Source: Eubacteriales bacterium (GTDB lineage: Bacteria; Bacillota; Clostridia; Lachnospirales; Lachnospiraceae). Taken from it: DNA of 64,000 bases. This document shows, piece by piece, positions 18,119-27,644 of the stretch. Position 1 is the stretch's first letter; every line of letters begins with the position of its first letter. Under the pieces are notes generated by a model. The model did no database searches and had not been told where the DNA came from. It saw nothing but the letters and a program-made list of their open reading frames with translations. The translations under genes and the position numbers were made by a program. The DNA lies in the NCBI GenBank assembly GCA_030524455.1, contig JAUNGT010000011.1, forward strand, positions 5,052 through 69,051, in the 5' to 3' direction.

Positions 18119-19311
18119 TCTTCCTTCTCCTTCACCTGAGCCGTGATCCGCCCGTTCTTTACATGGATCGTCAAAAGCTCTCCAAGCTGCACCCGGTTCA
18201 CATCCGTCACCGTCCTGCCCTCCGGGTCCGCCACATGGGAAAAGCCCTGATTGAGCTTGTCTAACGGGGACAGTCCCTTTAGCTTTTCCACATACAGGGA
18301 AAGCCGGTGACGACTGTCCACGATCCGCTTCTGCATCCGGTCCTCCAGCCGCTCCTCCAGCTGGGCCAGGTAGGTCCGTTTCTCCCGGATCTGCCCGGCC
18401 GGACTCAGATACTGCAGACGGATCCGCCCGTTTTTCAGGCGCATCCTGTCCCTCTCGATCCGCAGCTTCATCCGCCGCGTCAGGCCAACACTGCACTCGT
18501 CCAGCTGCGCCTGCAGAAGGCTGTAGTCATAGACCGCCAGCTCCGCCCCCGCCGAGGGCGTAGGCGCCCGCAGATCCGCCACATAGTCTGCGATGGTCGT
18601 GTCTGTCTCATGACCTACCGCCGAGATAATGGGCACGCTGCAGTCAAAAATCGCCTGGGCCACAAGTTCCTCATTGAAGGCCCACAAATCCTCGATGGAG
18701 CCGCCGCCCCGCCCCACAATCATCACGTCCACTCCCTGCCGTTCCAGGGCACGGATGCCGTTTGCGATGCTGGCCGGAGCCTGGTCCCCCTGCACAATGG
18801 CCGGATACAGGATAATCTGCACATAGGGATTGCGCCTCCGCGCAATATTGATGATATCCCTCACCGCCGCTCCCGTGGGGGCCGTCACCACGCCCAGACG
18901 GCTGATGTATTTCGGGACAGGTCTCTTATACTCGGGCGCAAAGAGCCCCCGCTCGGCCAGCTCTCTCTTTAACTGCTCAAACCGCTCGTAAAGCTGGCCT
19001 GCCCCGTCCAGAAAAATCTCCCTGGCGTACAGCTGATAACGGCCGTCCCTCTCGTAGACGTCCACCGTCCCGGCCACAACGACCTGGTGGCCCTCCTGCA
19101 TATGAAATTTCAGTCCGCCCCGGTTTCCGGCAAACATCACACAGGCAATCGCGCCCTTCCCATCCTTCAGCGTAAAATAGAGATGGCCGGAGGAGTGGTA
19201 CTTGCAATTGCTCACTTCGCCTTTCACCAGGATGGACTGGAGCAAAAAGTCCTGGGTAAACATGTTCTTAATATAAGAGTTTACCTGGGCTACCGTATAC
19301 ACATTTTTCAT
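18094..19311 (-). CDS. xseA: Exodeoxyribonuclease VII large subunit
   Basis: Start refined to ATG 19311; GHLYFTLKD, TGAAVRDI, RGGGSIEDLWAFN, AVGHETD, TPSAGAE. Confidence 0.97.
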   Translation of the reverse strand: MKNVYTVAQVNSYIKNMFTQDFLLQSILVKGEVSNCKYHSSGHLYFTLKDGKGAIACVMFAGNRGGLKFHMQEGHQVVVAGTVDVYERDGRYQLYAREIFLDGAGQLYERFEQLKRELAERGLFAPEYKRPVPKYISRLGVVTAPTGAAVRDIINIARRRNPYVQIILYPAIVQGDQAPASIANGIRALERQGVDVMIVGRGGGSIEDLWAFNEELVAQAIFDCSVPIISAVGHETDTTIADYVADLRAPTPSAGAELAVYDYSLLQAQLDECSVGLTRRMKLRIERDRMRLKNGRIRLQYLSPAGQIREKRTYLAQLEERLEDRMQKRIVDSRHRLSLYVEKLKGLSPLDKLNQGFSHVADPEGRTVTDVNRVQLGELLTIHVKNGRITAQVKEKEEWKQPIGS

Positions 19312-19327
19312 GCTGTATTCTTCCGGC

Positions 19328-19726
19328 TCACGCAAATCTTGCCAAAATCCCGTTGACAAACCCGGCGGAGCCTTCCTGGCCGAATTTCTTGGCCAGCTCC
19401 ACCGCCTCGTTGATGGCCACGCCGGTGGGGACGCTCTCGTCAAACCGGATCTCATAGACCGCAAGCCGAATGATCGTCAGATCCACCTTTCCCATCCGCT
19501 CCGTGCTCCAGCCCCTGACCGTCTCGTTGATCATCCGGTCAATCTCGGGCAGCCGCTCGGCAATCTTCTCGTATTTGGAACAGATATGCTTCTGATCCTT
19601 CTCCGATACGGGCGTGTCGCTCTCCTCAAAAAAGAGTCTGCACTGCTCCTCCATGTCCTTTTTCTGATTAAATTCCACACGAAACAGCAGTAAAAAAATC
19701 TGTTCCCGCAATTCTCTTCTGTTCAT
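19328..19726 (-). CDS. nusB: Transcription antitermination factor NusB
   Basis: Start refined to ATG 19726; RRELRE, IIRLAVYEI, VAINEAVELAKKF, FVNGIL. Confidence 0.96.
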   Translation of the reverse strand: MNRRELREQIFLLLFRVEFNQKKDMEEQCRLFFEESDTPVSEKDQKHICSKYEKIAERLPEIDRMINETVRGWSTERMGKVDLTIIRLAVYEIRFDESVPTGVAINEAVELAKKFGQEGSAGFVNGILARFA

Positions 19727-19754
19727 CTGCTCTGCTCTCCTGCCCGTCCCAGGA

Positions 19755-20144
19755 TTAATGCTTTCCTGCATTCATATTGACGCCCGCAATGCGGATATTC
19801 ACGTCCGTCACCGTCAGCCCGGTCATATTCTCGATGGCATTCTTCACGCGCTCCTGCACCTTCTGGCTTGTGCCGGGGATATTGTAGCCGTACTCCATCT
19901 GTACCGCCAGCTCCACCCGCACATTGGAGCCGATCACTTCCACCTTCACGCCCCTGGTCAGACCCTTGACACCGACCTTGCTCATCAGCTCATTGGTGAT
20001 GGTCCCCGCCATAGAAGAGACGCCCTCCACCTCCGTAGCCGCCAGGGAAGCGATAATCGCAACCACCTCGTCCGCGATCTGGACGGTTCCGATATTCTCA
20101 TCATCCTGCAGAACATAGGTATTTTTACTGGTTTCCTTCTCCAT
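19755..20144 (-). CDS. Asp23/Gls24-family (YqhY-like) protein
   Basis: GTVQIADEVVAIIA, GVKVE, VQERVKNAIENMTGLTVTDVNIRI; canonical position upstream of nusB. Confidence 0.93.
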   Translation of the reverse strand: MEKETSKNTYVLQDDENIGTVQIADEVVAIIASLAATEVEGVSSMAGTITNELMSKVGVKGLTRGVKVEVIGSNVRVELAVQMEYGYNIPGTSQKVQERVKNAIENMTGLTVTDVNIRIAGVNMNAGKH

Positions 20145-20189
20145 GATAAACGCCTCCTTATACCTCTTGAAAACTTTACAATTTGCTCC

Positions 20190-20218
20190 ATTATACCAAA
20201 AAAAGCCCCGCTTGCCTA
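20190..20218 (-). promoter_or_regulatory. Putative sigma-A promoter of the asp23-nusB operon
   Basis: TAGGCA-N17-TATAAT with TG extension (TTGGTATAAT). Confidence 0.55.
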
Positions 20219-20260
20219 GAGCGTGTTTGAAAAATGCTTTCTGCCGGGCTGAACTGTTAC
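20216..20260. repeat. Solo MITE terminal repeat within a short remnant
   Basis: Exact ggctgaactgttac at 20247-20260, identical to the right end of the 61705-61868 element; no partner end nearby. Confidence 0.6.
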
Positions 20261-20265
20261 GCCGC

Positions 20266-21501
20266 TCAGCTGGCCGGTTCCCCCAGCCAGAAGCAGAATG
20301 TCAGCCGCTCCGGGGAATCGCTGTAGGCCACCGTGGTATCCTCCCCCGGCAGACAATCAAACACACGCTGCCGGACGATCAGGAGCTCCTCCACCTCCCG
20401 GTACACCTCCTCCCGGGCGCACTGGAAGGTGACGGCTGTTTCTCCCCTTTCGGCTGCGCGCCCGAATATCCCGGCGATCTGCTCAAAATCCGCCGTCTCC
20501 AGATAAAGCCCCTCCCGGCGGTAATAGTTGTCCGTAACCGCCGTGCAGTCCGGCAGCCGCTGTCCCTCCCCGATCCGGTGGGTGCGGGAAATCTGCTCCT
20601 GCGTCACGCCGAAGTAATCATAGCTCACAGCCGGCAAAGGGCCGTCCTGTTCTGTGCTGCCTTCCCGGACATAGGAGGCGTCTCCCCAGGTGGGATCCGT
20701 ATGATACCAGTCCCCGTCCATATAAATCAAATCCCAGGCGTGCCCCTCCCCTTCCATCGTGCCCGTCACCAAAAGGGCCGGGATCCCCGACAGCTGGCAC
20801 AGATACTGCAGGGTCTTTGCATAGCCCTGACATACGGAGCTGCCGTTTAACAGTACGGAGCAGATATTCTGGCTGTCGGCGCTGCCGGGCACATAGTCCG
20901 TGCGCGCAATCAGCGTATCGTACAGGTATTTCACCTTGCCGTAATCATCCGTCTCCTCCGGCAGGCCCTGCAGCCACTCTGCCGCAGCCTGCTTCAGCTG
21001 CGCTTCCCGCTCCCGCACCTGCTCCCGGTCCATCGTCCAGGTCCCGGTGAAGGTGAGGCGGCGGATCTCCTCTCCCAGCCGGTAGGTCGTCAGCTGATAG
21101 CCGTCCGCATAGAAAATCTCCGGATGATCCGCCATCACACTCCGAAACACGGACTCCACCAGGGCGTCGTCCGTGACGGACAGCTCTGCCTCCGCGCGAA
21201 GCTCCAAAAGGGCTGTCAGGATCTCCCGGTACAGCTGCCGCTCTGTCCCGTCAAGGGTTTCATACCCATAGTACAGGAACGCTTTCTCTTGCCCGTCCTG
21301 TTTTCCGTCCTCTTGCCCGTCCCGCTCTGTCTCCGGCTCTGCGGTCTGAGCCGCTTCCCGCTCCGTCTCCTGATGCGGTGTAAGGGCCGGCGCGGCAGGC
21401 GCTGCGCAGCCTGTCCCAAGCACAGGGCTGACCGCCAGCGCAAGGCACAGACACAAGCCTCCGGAAAACGCTCTGAAACACAAATACGGCTTTCTCTTCA
21501 T
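20266..21501 (-). CDS. Exported transglutaminase-like (Cys-His-Asp) protein
   Basis: Likely start ATG 21501; hydrophobic N-terminus, possible lipobox GTGC; VCQGYAK, HAWDLI, YHTDPTW triad motifs. Confidence 0.85.
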   Translation of the reverse strand: MKRKPYLCFRAFSGGLCLCLALAVSPVLGTGCAAPAAPALTPHQETEREAAQTAEPETERDGQEDGKQDGQEKAFLYYGYETLDGTERQLYREILTALLELRAEAELSVTDDALVESVFRSVMADHPEIFYADGYQLTTYRLGEEIRRLTFTGTWTMDREQVREREAQLKQAAAEWLQGLPEETDDYGKVKYLYDTLIARTDYVPGSADSQNICSVLLNGSSVCQGYAKTLQYLCQLSGIPALLVTGTMEGEGHAWDLIYMDGDWYHTDPTWGDASYVREGSTEQDGPLPAVSYDYFGVTQEQISRTHRIGEGQRLPDCTAVTDNYYRREGLYLETADFEQIAGIFGRAAERGETAVTFQCAREEVYREVEELLIVRQRVFDCLPGEDTTVAYSDSPERLTFCFWLGEPAS

Positions 21502-21572
21502 ACACTTCTCACCCTGTCCGTCCCGCAGCGGGTTCCTGTTCACAGGAACCGCGCCGGCTCCAAAGCCCCTTC

Positions 21573-23168
21573 TTAATTCTTGCCAAATTCGGAAAGCTCC
21601 AGCCCCTTGTTGCGGTCCAAAACCATGCCCACGCTCCAGGCATTGACAAACAACAGCAGCGGGTTGCCCTTGAGATCCTTGATCTTCTTCATGTCGGAGG
21701 TGCCCGTCAGCTTGCCCAGATCGATCTCGTCCTTGTTCACAATCCAGCGGATATGCTCATAGGGCAGAGGCTCCAGCTTGATCTCCACATTGTACTCGCT
21801 CTCCAGGCGGAATTTGAGCACGTCGAACTGCAGCACGCCCACCACGCCGACAATGATCTCCTCCATGCCGGTATTGAACTCCTGGAAAATCTGGATCGCG
21901 CCCTCCTGGGCAATCTGGGTGATCCCCTTGACAAACTGCTTCCGCTTCATGGTATCCACCTGACGCACCCGCGCAAAATGCTCCGGCGCAAAGGTCGGGA
22001 TCCCCTCGTAGGCAAACTGTTCCCTGGGCATACACAGCGTATCCCCGATGGAAAACAGACCGGGGTCAAAAACGCCGATAATATCCCCCGCATAGGCCTC
22101 CGTCAGAATCTTGCGGTCGTTCGCCATGATCTGCTGCGGCTGAGAAAGCCGCATTACCCGCTGGCTCTGCACATGCTTCACATCCATATCCGCCTCAAAC
22201 TTGCCCGAACAGATTCGCATGAAGGCGATCCTGTCCCGGTGGGCCTTGTTCATATTGGCCTGGATCTTAAATACAAAGGCGCTGAAGGAATGCTCCACCG
22301 GATCGATCAGGCCGATATCCGCCCGGCGCGGCAGCGGCGGAGTCGTCATTTTCAAAAAGTGCTGCAGGAAATCCTCCACGCCAAAGTTGGTGAGCGCGGA
22401 GCCGAAAAATACCGGTGTGAGCTCTCCGGCCTGCACCAGCTCCAGATCAAATTCCGCGCTTGCGCCGTCCAAAAGCTCGATCTCCTCGGTCAGCTTTTCC
22501 TTCAGATCCTCACCCACAAAGCCGGTCAGCCTGTCCATCTCCTCCACGGGGATCTCTGTGGCCTCGCCCTCCTTCGTGCCCTTCTCCGTGTCGGAGTAGG
22601 TGATCACGCAGCGCTTCTCCCGGTCGTAAACGCCCTTGAAGCTCTTGCCGGAGCCGATGGGCCAGTTCATGGGACAGGTGGCGATCCCCAGCTCCTTCTC
22701 GATGTCGTCCAGCAGATCAAAGGTGTCGTTGGCATCCCGGTCCATCTTATTGATAAACGTAAAAATCGGGATCTTGCGCATCACGCAGACCTTGAACAGC
22801 TTCCTCGTCTGGGCCTCCACGCCCTTGCTGGCGTCGATCACCATGACCGCAGAGTCGGCGGCCATCAGCGTCCGGTAAGTATCCTCCGAGAAATCCTGGT
22901 GGCCCGGCGTATCCAGAATATTGATGCAGTACCCGTCATACTCAAACTGCAGGACGGACGAGGTGACGGAGATACCTCTCTGTTTCTCGATCTCCATCCA
23001 GTCCGAAACCGCGTGGCGCGCGGTGGCCTTGCCCTTGACGGAGCCCGCCAGATTGATGGCGCCTCCGTAGAGCAGAAACTTCTCCGTCAGCGTTGTCTTG
23101 CCCGCGTCCGGGTGGGATATAATTGCAAATGTACGTCTTCTGTTAATTTCTTCCTTCAAATTACTCAA
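21573..23168 (-). CDS. prfC: Peptide chain release factor 3
   Basis: Start refined to TTG 23168 (AGGAG RBS); RRTFAIISHPDAGKTT, DTPGHQDFSEDTYR, FINKMDR, GVLQFDV. Confidence 0.97.
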   Translation of the reverse strand: MSNLKEEINRRRTFAIISHPDAGKTTLTEKFLLYGGAINLAGSVKGKATARHAVSDWMEIEKQRGISVTSSVLQFEYDGYCINILDTPGHQDFSEDTYRTLMAADSAVMVIDASKGVEAQTRKLFKVCVMRKIPIFTFINKMDRDANDTFDLLDDIEKELGIATCPMNWPIGSGKSFKGVYDREKRCVITYSDTEKGTKEGEATEIPVEEMDRLTGFVGEDLKEKLTEEIELLDGASAEFDLELVQAGELTPVFFGSALTNFGVEDFLQHFLKMTTPPLPRRADIGLIDPVEHSFSAFVFKIQANMNKAHRDRIAFMRICSGKFEADMDVKHVQSQRVMRLSQPQQIMANDRKILTEAYAGDIIGVFDPGLFSIGDTLCMPREQFAYEGIPTFAPEHFARVRQVDTMKRKQFVKGITQIAQEGAIQIFQEFNTGMEEIIVGVVGVLQFDVLKFRLESEYNVEIKLEPLPYEHIRWIVNKDEIDLGKLTGTSDMKKIKDLKGNPLLLFVNAWSVGMVLDRNKGLELSEFGKN

Positions 23169-23226
23169 AATAGTTCTCCTTTGGTAGCTTTCTGTTCCTG
23201 TTTGCGGCCGCTGTCTGCACCTGCCG

Positions 23227-24378
23227 TCAGAGCATGGATTTTCCCGCGAAGGCCGGCCGGATCCCGAACCAGTCCAGCACAGTGGCGCCGATATCCGCAA
23301 AGGTTTCTCGGGTTCCGAGATTGGCCGGCTCGACACCGGGTCCCGTCATGAGAAAGGGCGTATACTCCCTGGTGTGGTCCGTCGTCTTCAGGTAAGAGGG
23401 ATCGCAGCCGTGATCCGCCGTGATCATCAGGGCATCCTCCGGCCCCAGTAAAGCGAGCATCTCCGGCAGCCTCCGGTCAAAGTCCGTCAGCGCCCTCGCA
23501 TAGCCGTCCACGTCCCTGCGGTGCCCGTAAAGCATATCATAATCCACCAGGTTGACAAAGCACAACCCCTCAAAATCCTTCTTCAGATAGCCGATCGTCT
23601 TCTCAATGCCGTCCTCATTGCCGTTTGTCGTCACAGATTCCGTAAGGCCCTTTCCCGCAAAGATATCCCGGATCTTGCCCACGCCGATCACTGCCTTTCC
23701 CGCCTCTTTGAGCTGGTCAAGCATGTCCACGGAAGGGGGAAGCAGCGAATAATCGTGCCGCCCGGCGGTCCGGTAATAGTGGCCGCTCTCCCCCGCAAAG
23801 GGCCGGGCGATCACTCTGCCCACGCCGTGCTCTCCCTGCAGCTGCGCCCGGGCAATCTCGCAGCAGCGGTACAGCTCACTGGCCGGAACCACCGCCTCAT
23901 GAGCCGCAATCTGAAACACACTGTCCGCAGAGGTGTATACAATCAGGTTCCCCGTACGCACATGCTCGTCCCCGTAGTCCCGGATCACATCCGTGCCGGA
24001 GTAGGGTCGGTTGCACAGGACGCCTCTCCCCACCGCCTCCGAAAATCTCCGGATCACCTCCTCCGGAAAGCCCTCCGGATAGGTGGGCATCGGCCTGGCC
24101 GAGTAAATCCCCGCAATCTCCCAGTGTCCCGTAGTAGTATCCTTCCCCCGCGAAGCTTCCTTCATCCGGGCGATCCTGCCCTCTGCTCTGCCGCTTCCCG
24201 GGTGCCAGTCCATCCCGTCCAGATGAAACAGGCCGAGCCTGGCCAGGTTCGGCACATCAAAATAAGGGCTCCCGGAAACCGCCTTTATCGTATTGGTCCC
24301 GGCGTCGCCGTAGGCGGCCGCATCCGGCATGGCCCCCACCCCGACGCTGTCCAGCACAATCAAAAATATTCTCTTCAT
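23227..24378 (-). CDS. deoB: Phosphopentomutase
   Basis: RIFLIVLDSVGVG, GKDTTTGHWE, VYTSADSVFQIAAHE, GHRRD, ITADHGCDP, DHTRE. Confidence 0.97.
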   Translation of the reverse strand: MKRIFLIVLDSVGVGAMPDAAAYGDAGTNTIKAVSGSPYFDVPNLARLGLFHLDGMDWHPGSGRAEGRIARMKEASRGKDTTTGHWEIAGIYSARPMPTYPEGFPEEVIRRFSEAVGRGVLCNRPYSGTDVIRDYGDEHVRTGNLIVYTSADSVFQIAAHEAVVPASELYRCCEIARAQLQGEHGVGRVIARPFAGESGHYYRTAGRHDYSLLPPSVDMLDQLKEAGKAVIGVGKIRDIFAGKGLTESVTTNGNEDGIEKTIGYLKKDFEGLCFVNLVDYDMLYGHRRDVDGYARALTDFDRRLPEMLALLGPEDALMITADHGCDPSYLKTTDHTREYTPFLMTGPGVEPANLGTRETFADIGATVLDWFGIRPAFAGKSML

Positions 24379-24441
24379 CCCTGCAACTCCTTTCCTGGCG
24401 CAATAAGAATAGCATCCTTTATGACCTTTGGCCCTCGTATC

Positions 24442-24470
24442 ATTTTATAATGTTATACCGCTTACGTCAA
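24442..24470 (-). promoter_or_regulatory. Putative sigma-A promoter of deoB
   Basis: TTGACG-N17-TAAAAT on the minus strand. Confidence 0.65.
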
Positions 24471-24552
24471 CCATCCGGAAAGGACAGCGCTGTGCGGGCT
24501 CCATTCAAAGTTTGCTTCGCAACAAGAGCCCGCTCACGCCAAAATCACGTCC

Positions 24553-25302
24553 TCACTGTCCGGAAAGCGGATTGATCACGATGTTCTCCGCCGCAACGCC
24601 GGTTTTTCTCGAAACTATGTCCTCGATCTGGGCGCACTGTGCGTCCGTCAGCGTGGAAATCCCCACCACCACGTCGGCGGAGTCCTCCGTCAGCGTCACC
24701 ACCGCGTCCGCAAAGCCCTTGGTCTCCAGCAGGATCTCCGCCGCCGTCTCACGCTCGGCAATGTCGGTCAGCTCGATCATGCTGTCCACCGCCTCCTGCT
24801 TCTGGCTCTCCGCAATGTTGGCGTTGTTGATGATCTCCAGCAGCGTCTCCTTGTTCCTGGCCCTGGTCTGCTCCTTCAGCAGGCGCGCGCCGGACAGGCT
24901 GTTGATGCCGCCGGAGTTGGTATAGACCGCCTCGCCGGGAATCTCCCCGTCAGGCACCTCGGCCTCCCCGGCGGAAACACTGCCCGCCTCCGCCTGCCCC
25001 TCGTCCACATAATCCGTCACGATGGAGACGTCGGCGCTGTCCGCCGCCTGCATATCCTGATCCAGGTAATTCCCGGCAGCCTGCCCCTCCGTATCCGAAT
25101 CAAGGCTCGGGATATCGGCGGCCAGATCCTCCTCCGACAGATCCAGAAGCGCCTCCATATCCTCCCCGCCGCTGCCGGCATCCGCGCTCACCAGCTCCTC
25201 CTCCCCGATCTTCGTGCCCGCAAAATTCAGATACCCTGCCACCGCTATCATTATAGCAAGCGCCGTTATCATGACCTGGTTGCGTTTGAACATGTTTTTC
25301 AA
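24553..25302 (-). CDS. spoIIIAH: Stage III sporulation protein AH
   Basis: KRNQVMITALAIMIAVAGYLN; ETAAEILLETKGFADAVV; last gene of the spoIIIA block. Confidence 0.92.
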   Translation of the reverse strand: MKNMFKRNQVMITALAIMIAVAGYLNFAGTKIGEEELVSADAGSGGEDMEALLDLSEEDLAADIPSLDSDTEGQAAGNYLDQDMQAADSADVSIVTDYVDEGQAEAGSVSAGEAEVPDGEIPGEAVYTNSGGINSLSGARLLKEQTRARNKETLLEIINNANIAESQKQEAVDSMIELTDIAERETAAEILLETKGFADAVVTLTEDSADVVVGISTLTDAQCAQIEDIVSRKTGVAAENIVINPLSGQ

Positions 25303-25325
25303 TTTCTGCTCCCTTCCTTTACTGG

Positions 25326-25985
25326 TCAGTTTTGCCCCGCACCCTGCGCTCCTTGCCCGGATGCCAGCTTTGCTACTTTAATTTTATGAGCCTCGATGCC
25401 AAATAATGCCTCGATCATGTCCGTGATCTCCTTCTGCACCGCCCGGGAACCGCCGCCCTGGGCAAGCACAGTGACCCCCTCCACCCGGGCCGCCAGCGTC
25501 TTGGTCACATAGGGCGTCTGACCGCCCTCCCGGTCCGTGGCATATACCGTGCTCTCCCGGCGCTCCCGGGAGGAAATGCTGCGGCTTCCGCCTGCGCTGT
25601 CATTCTCGCTGGTCTGGGAGACGGAATCCGCCGGAGCGTCCTTCTCCACGATCCGCTCCTCGGAGGCAGCGTAGGTAAGCATCACCCGCACCTGTCCCGC
25701 CCCCTCCAGCCCGGACAGAAACTCCTCCAGCCTCCCCTCCAGACTGTCCTGTCCGGTCCCTGCAGCCTCCCGCCCGGCGCCGGTTCCCACCGCAGCGCCA
25801 TCCGCTTTCTCTGAGTCCATCATAGCACCGTAGGTGTCCCATTGACCGGACTCGGTCTGCTCCTCCGACTCTTTTTTTCCACCGGCGGGCAGGGCGATCA
25901 CCATCAGCAAAACACCGCAAAGCGCCAGCACGATCATATTTTCCTTCGTCATCCTTGCCCTGCACCAGTCCCGCAGCTTATTCAA
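25326..25985 (-). CDS. spoIIIAG: Stage III sporulation protein AG
   Basis: LEGRLEEFLSGLEGAGQVRVM, TPYVTK, VEGVTVLAQGGG, LFGIEAHKIKV. Confidence 0.92.
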   Translation of the reverse strand: MNKLRDWCRARMTKENMIVLALCGVLLMVIALPAGGKKESEEQTESGQWDTYGAMMDSEKADGAAVGTGAGREAAGTGQDSLEGRLEEFLSGLEGAGQVRVMLTYAASEERIVEKDAPADSVSQTSENDSAGGSRSISSRERRESTVYATDREGGQTPYVTKTLAARVEGVTVLAQGGGSRAVQKEITDMIEALFGIEAHKIKVAKLASGQGAQGAGQN

Positions 25986-26574
25986 CCTCCATCACCTCCA
26001 CCTGCGCCTCCTCCATTCCGAGCGCCTCCGCAAAGGCGGCCCGCAGATCCGCCCGCAGACTCCCCCGCAGGGCGCTGCCGTCTGCGGCCACCGCGTCCGG
26101 CTCCGATACGTCGATTTCCACCGGCTCCACCGGACGCGCTGCGCCTGCCGGTCCTGCGCCCGCTGCAGCCTTCGCCGTCCGCCGGCGCACCTCGATCACC
26201 ACCACTCCGTCCTCCCGCAGCCGCACGTTTTCCACCTCCACCCCGGCCTTTGACGCCGGACGCTCCACCTGCTCCTCCACGGACTGCACAAGGCTGCTTT
26301 GCGCCACCTGCTCCTCCGTCCCGTAAAGTCCCTCAAGCTTTTGCGAAAACATTTCGTTTTGCGCCTCCAGGGCGGACACATTTTCCCGAAATTCCTGCAG
26401 CGCATCCTCCCTGCCAAACTGAAGCACCGGCAGGGCGAGCTGCGCCAGAAGCGCCACCGCCACGATCAGCTTCCCATATTTTTCGTATTTTTTTCCGGGC
26501 AGAAAATGCAGCAGCATCTGAGCCGCCAGCAGAAAAACCGCCGTCTCCCGGATCGCTTTGAGCAGTCCTTCCAT
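25978..26574 (-). CDS. spoIIIAF: Stage III sporulation protein AF
   Basis: Start refined to ATG 26574; HFLPGKKYEKYGKLIV; position between AE and AG. Confidence 0.85.
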   Translation of the reverse strand: MEGLLKAIRETAVFLLAAQMLLHFLPGKKYEKYGKLIVAVALLAQLALPVLQFGREDALQEFRENVSALEAQNEMFSQKLEGLYGTEEQVAQSSLVQSVEEQVERPASKAGVEVENVRLREDGVVVIEVRRRTAKAAAGAGPAGAARPVEPVEIDVSEPDAVAADGSALRGSLRADLRAAFAEALGMEEAQVEVMEVE

Positions 26575-26585
26575 CCTCCCTCCTC

Positions 26586-27635
26586 TCAGCCGTTCCCCAC
26601 CAGACAGGTCACCACCGCCGTCAGCACCAGAAAACAGGCCGCCCCCGTCCCCGCCAGGTACAGCGTCAAAAACACGATATCCGCCGTGCGCCCGATACAC
26701 CCGGCCAGCTGTTTTGCGGCCACAATCCCGGTCAGGGCCTCCGCCAGCTTCAGCAGCGCGCCGTAGGCCAGCAGCTGCAAAAAAGGCCCCGCCACAAGCC
26801 CCGCCAGCAAAAGCAGGGCAAACAGCCCCAGGCTGTTTTTTACCAGCACCGCTGAGCCGATCAGCAGCTCGGCGGTGCTCTCTGCCAGATTTCCCAGCGC
26901 CGGGATGGCCGACACCGCTTTCTGGGCGGCGGAACGCTTCAGGCTATCCAGGGCCGGGGAGACCATGGACTGCAGAAAGCCCAGTCCGGTCACCGCCGCC
27001 AGCGCGCATTTTGCCGCCGCCTTCAGCCCCTTCTCCAACAGCCCCGTCAGAGCGGAAAGCCTTCCCTCCTCCCAGACCCCGTTGACCGTCAAAAGCAGCA
27101 TCAGCACCGGAAGAAGGGGCAGGCACAAATGCAGAAGAAAGCTTTCCACTAAAAAGATCAGCACCAGGGCAAGCTGGTAATAGCCCGCCGCCGTGACGCT
27201 CCCCGCCGCCGGGCCCAAAGACAGGCAGAGAGCGGGCAGCACCAGCCGCGAAAACTGAACCATGGCGGAAAGCGTCTCCTGGGCCAGAGCATAGCAGGCG
27301 GAAAAAATTTTCAGCAGCACCGCCATCAGAAGCAGGAAAAAAATGTACTGCGCGATCTGCGCAATCTGATGGTTCTCAAAGCTTGTCAGAAAGCCCAGGA
27401 CCAGCGCGGACAAAATCCCCAGCAAAAGAAGGGTCACCAAAATTCCCCGGAAGCCCTCCAGCTCCTGCCGGATCCCGGCAAGCACGCCCTGCCCCAAAAG
27501 CGAGAGCGCTCCCTGAAAATTTCCCGAAAGAAGCTGCTCAAACAGCTCCGGCAAATCCCATGAAAATTTCTGAAAATAGCCGTCCAGCTCCTCCATCAGC
27601 TCCGACAGGTTCAGCTGCTCCAGGTAATGCTCCAT
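26586..27635 (-). CDS. spoIIIAE: Stage III sporulation protein AE
   Basis: Multi-TM; AVSAIPALGN, LVKNSLG; operon position. Confidence 0.88.
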   Translation of the reverse strand: MEHYLEQLNLSELMEELDGYFQKFSWDLPELFEQLLSGNFQGALSLLGQGVLAGIRQELEGFRGILVTLLLLGILSALVLGFLTSFENHQIAQIAQYIFFLLLMAVLLKIFSACYALAQETLSAMVQFSRLVLPALCLSLGPAAGSVTAAGYYQLALVLIFLVESFLLHLCLPLLPVLMLLLTVNGVWEEGRLSALTGLLEKGLKAAAKCALAAVTGLGFLQSMVSPALDSLKRSAAQKAVSAIPALGNLAESTAELLIGSAVLVKNSLGLFALLLLAGLVAGPFLQLLAYGALLKLAEALTGIVAAKQLAGCIGRTADIVFLTLYLAGTGAACFLVLTAVVTCLVGNG

Positions 27636-27644
27636 ATTCTCCCC

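Noticed and set aside
21531-21550. Small perfect hairpin between prfC and the transglutaminase-like gene
   Set aside because: No U-tract or other supporting feature.
24380-24441. Purine or deoxyguanosine riboswitch ahead of deoB
   Set aside because: Leader is only about 55 nt and lacks the conserved three-way-junction motifs.
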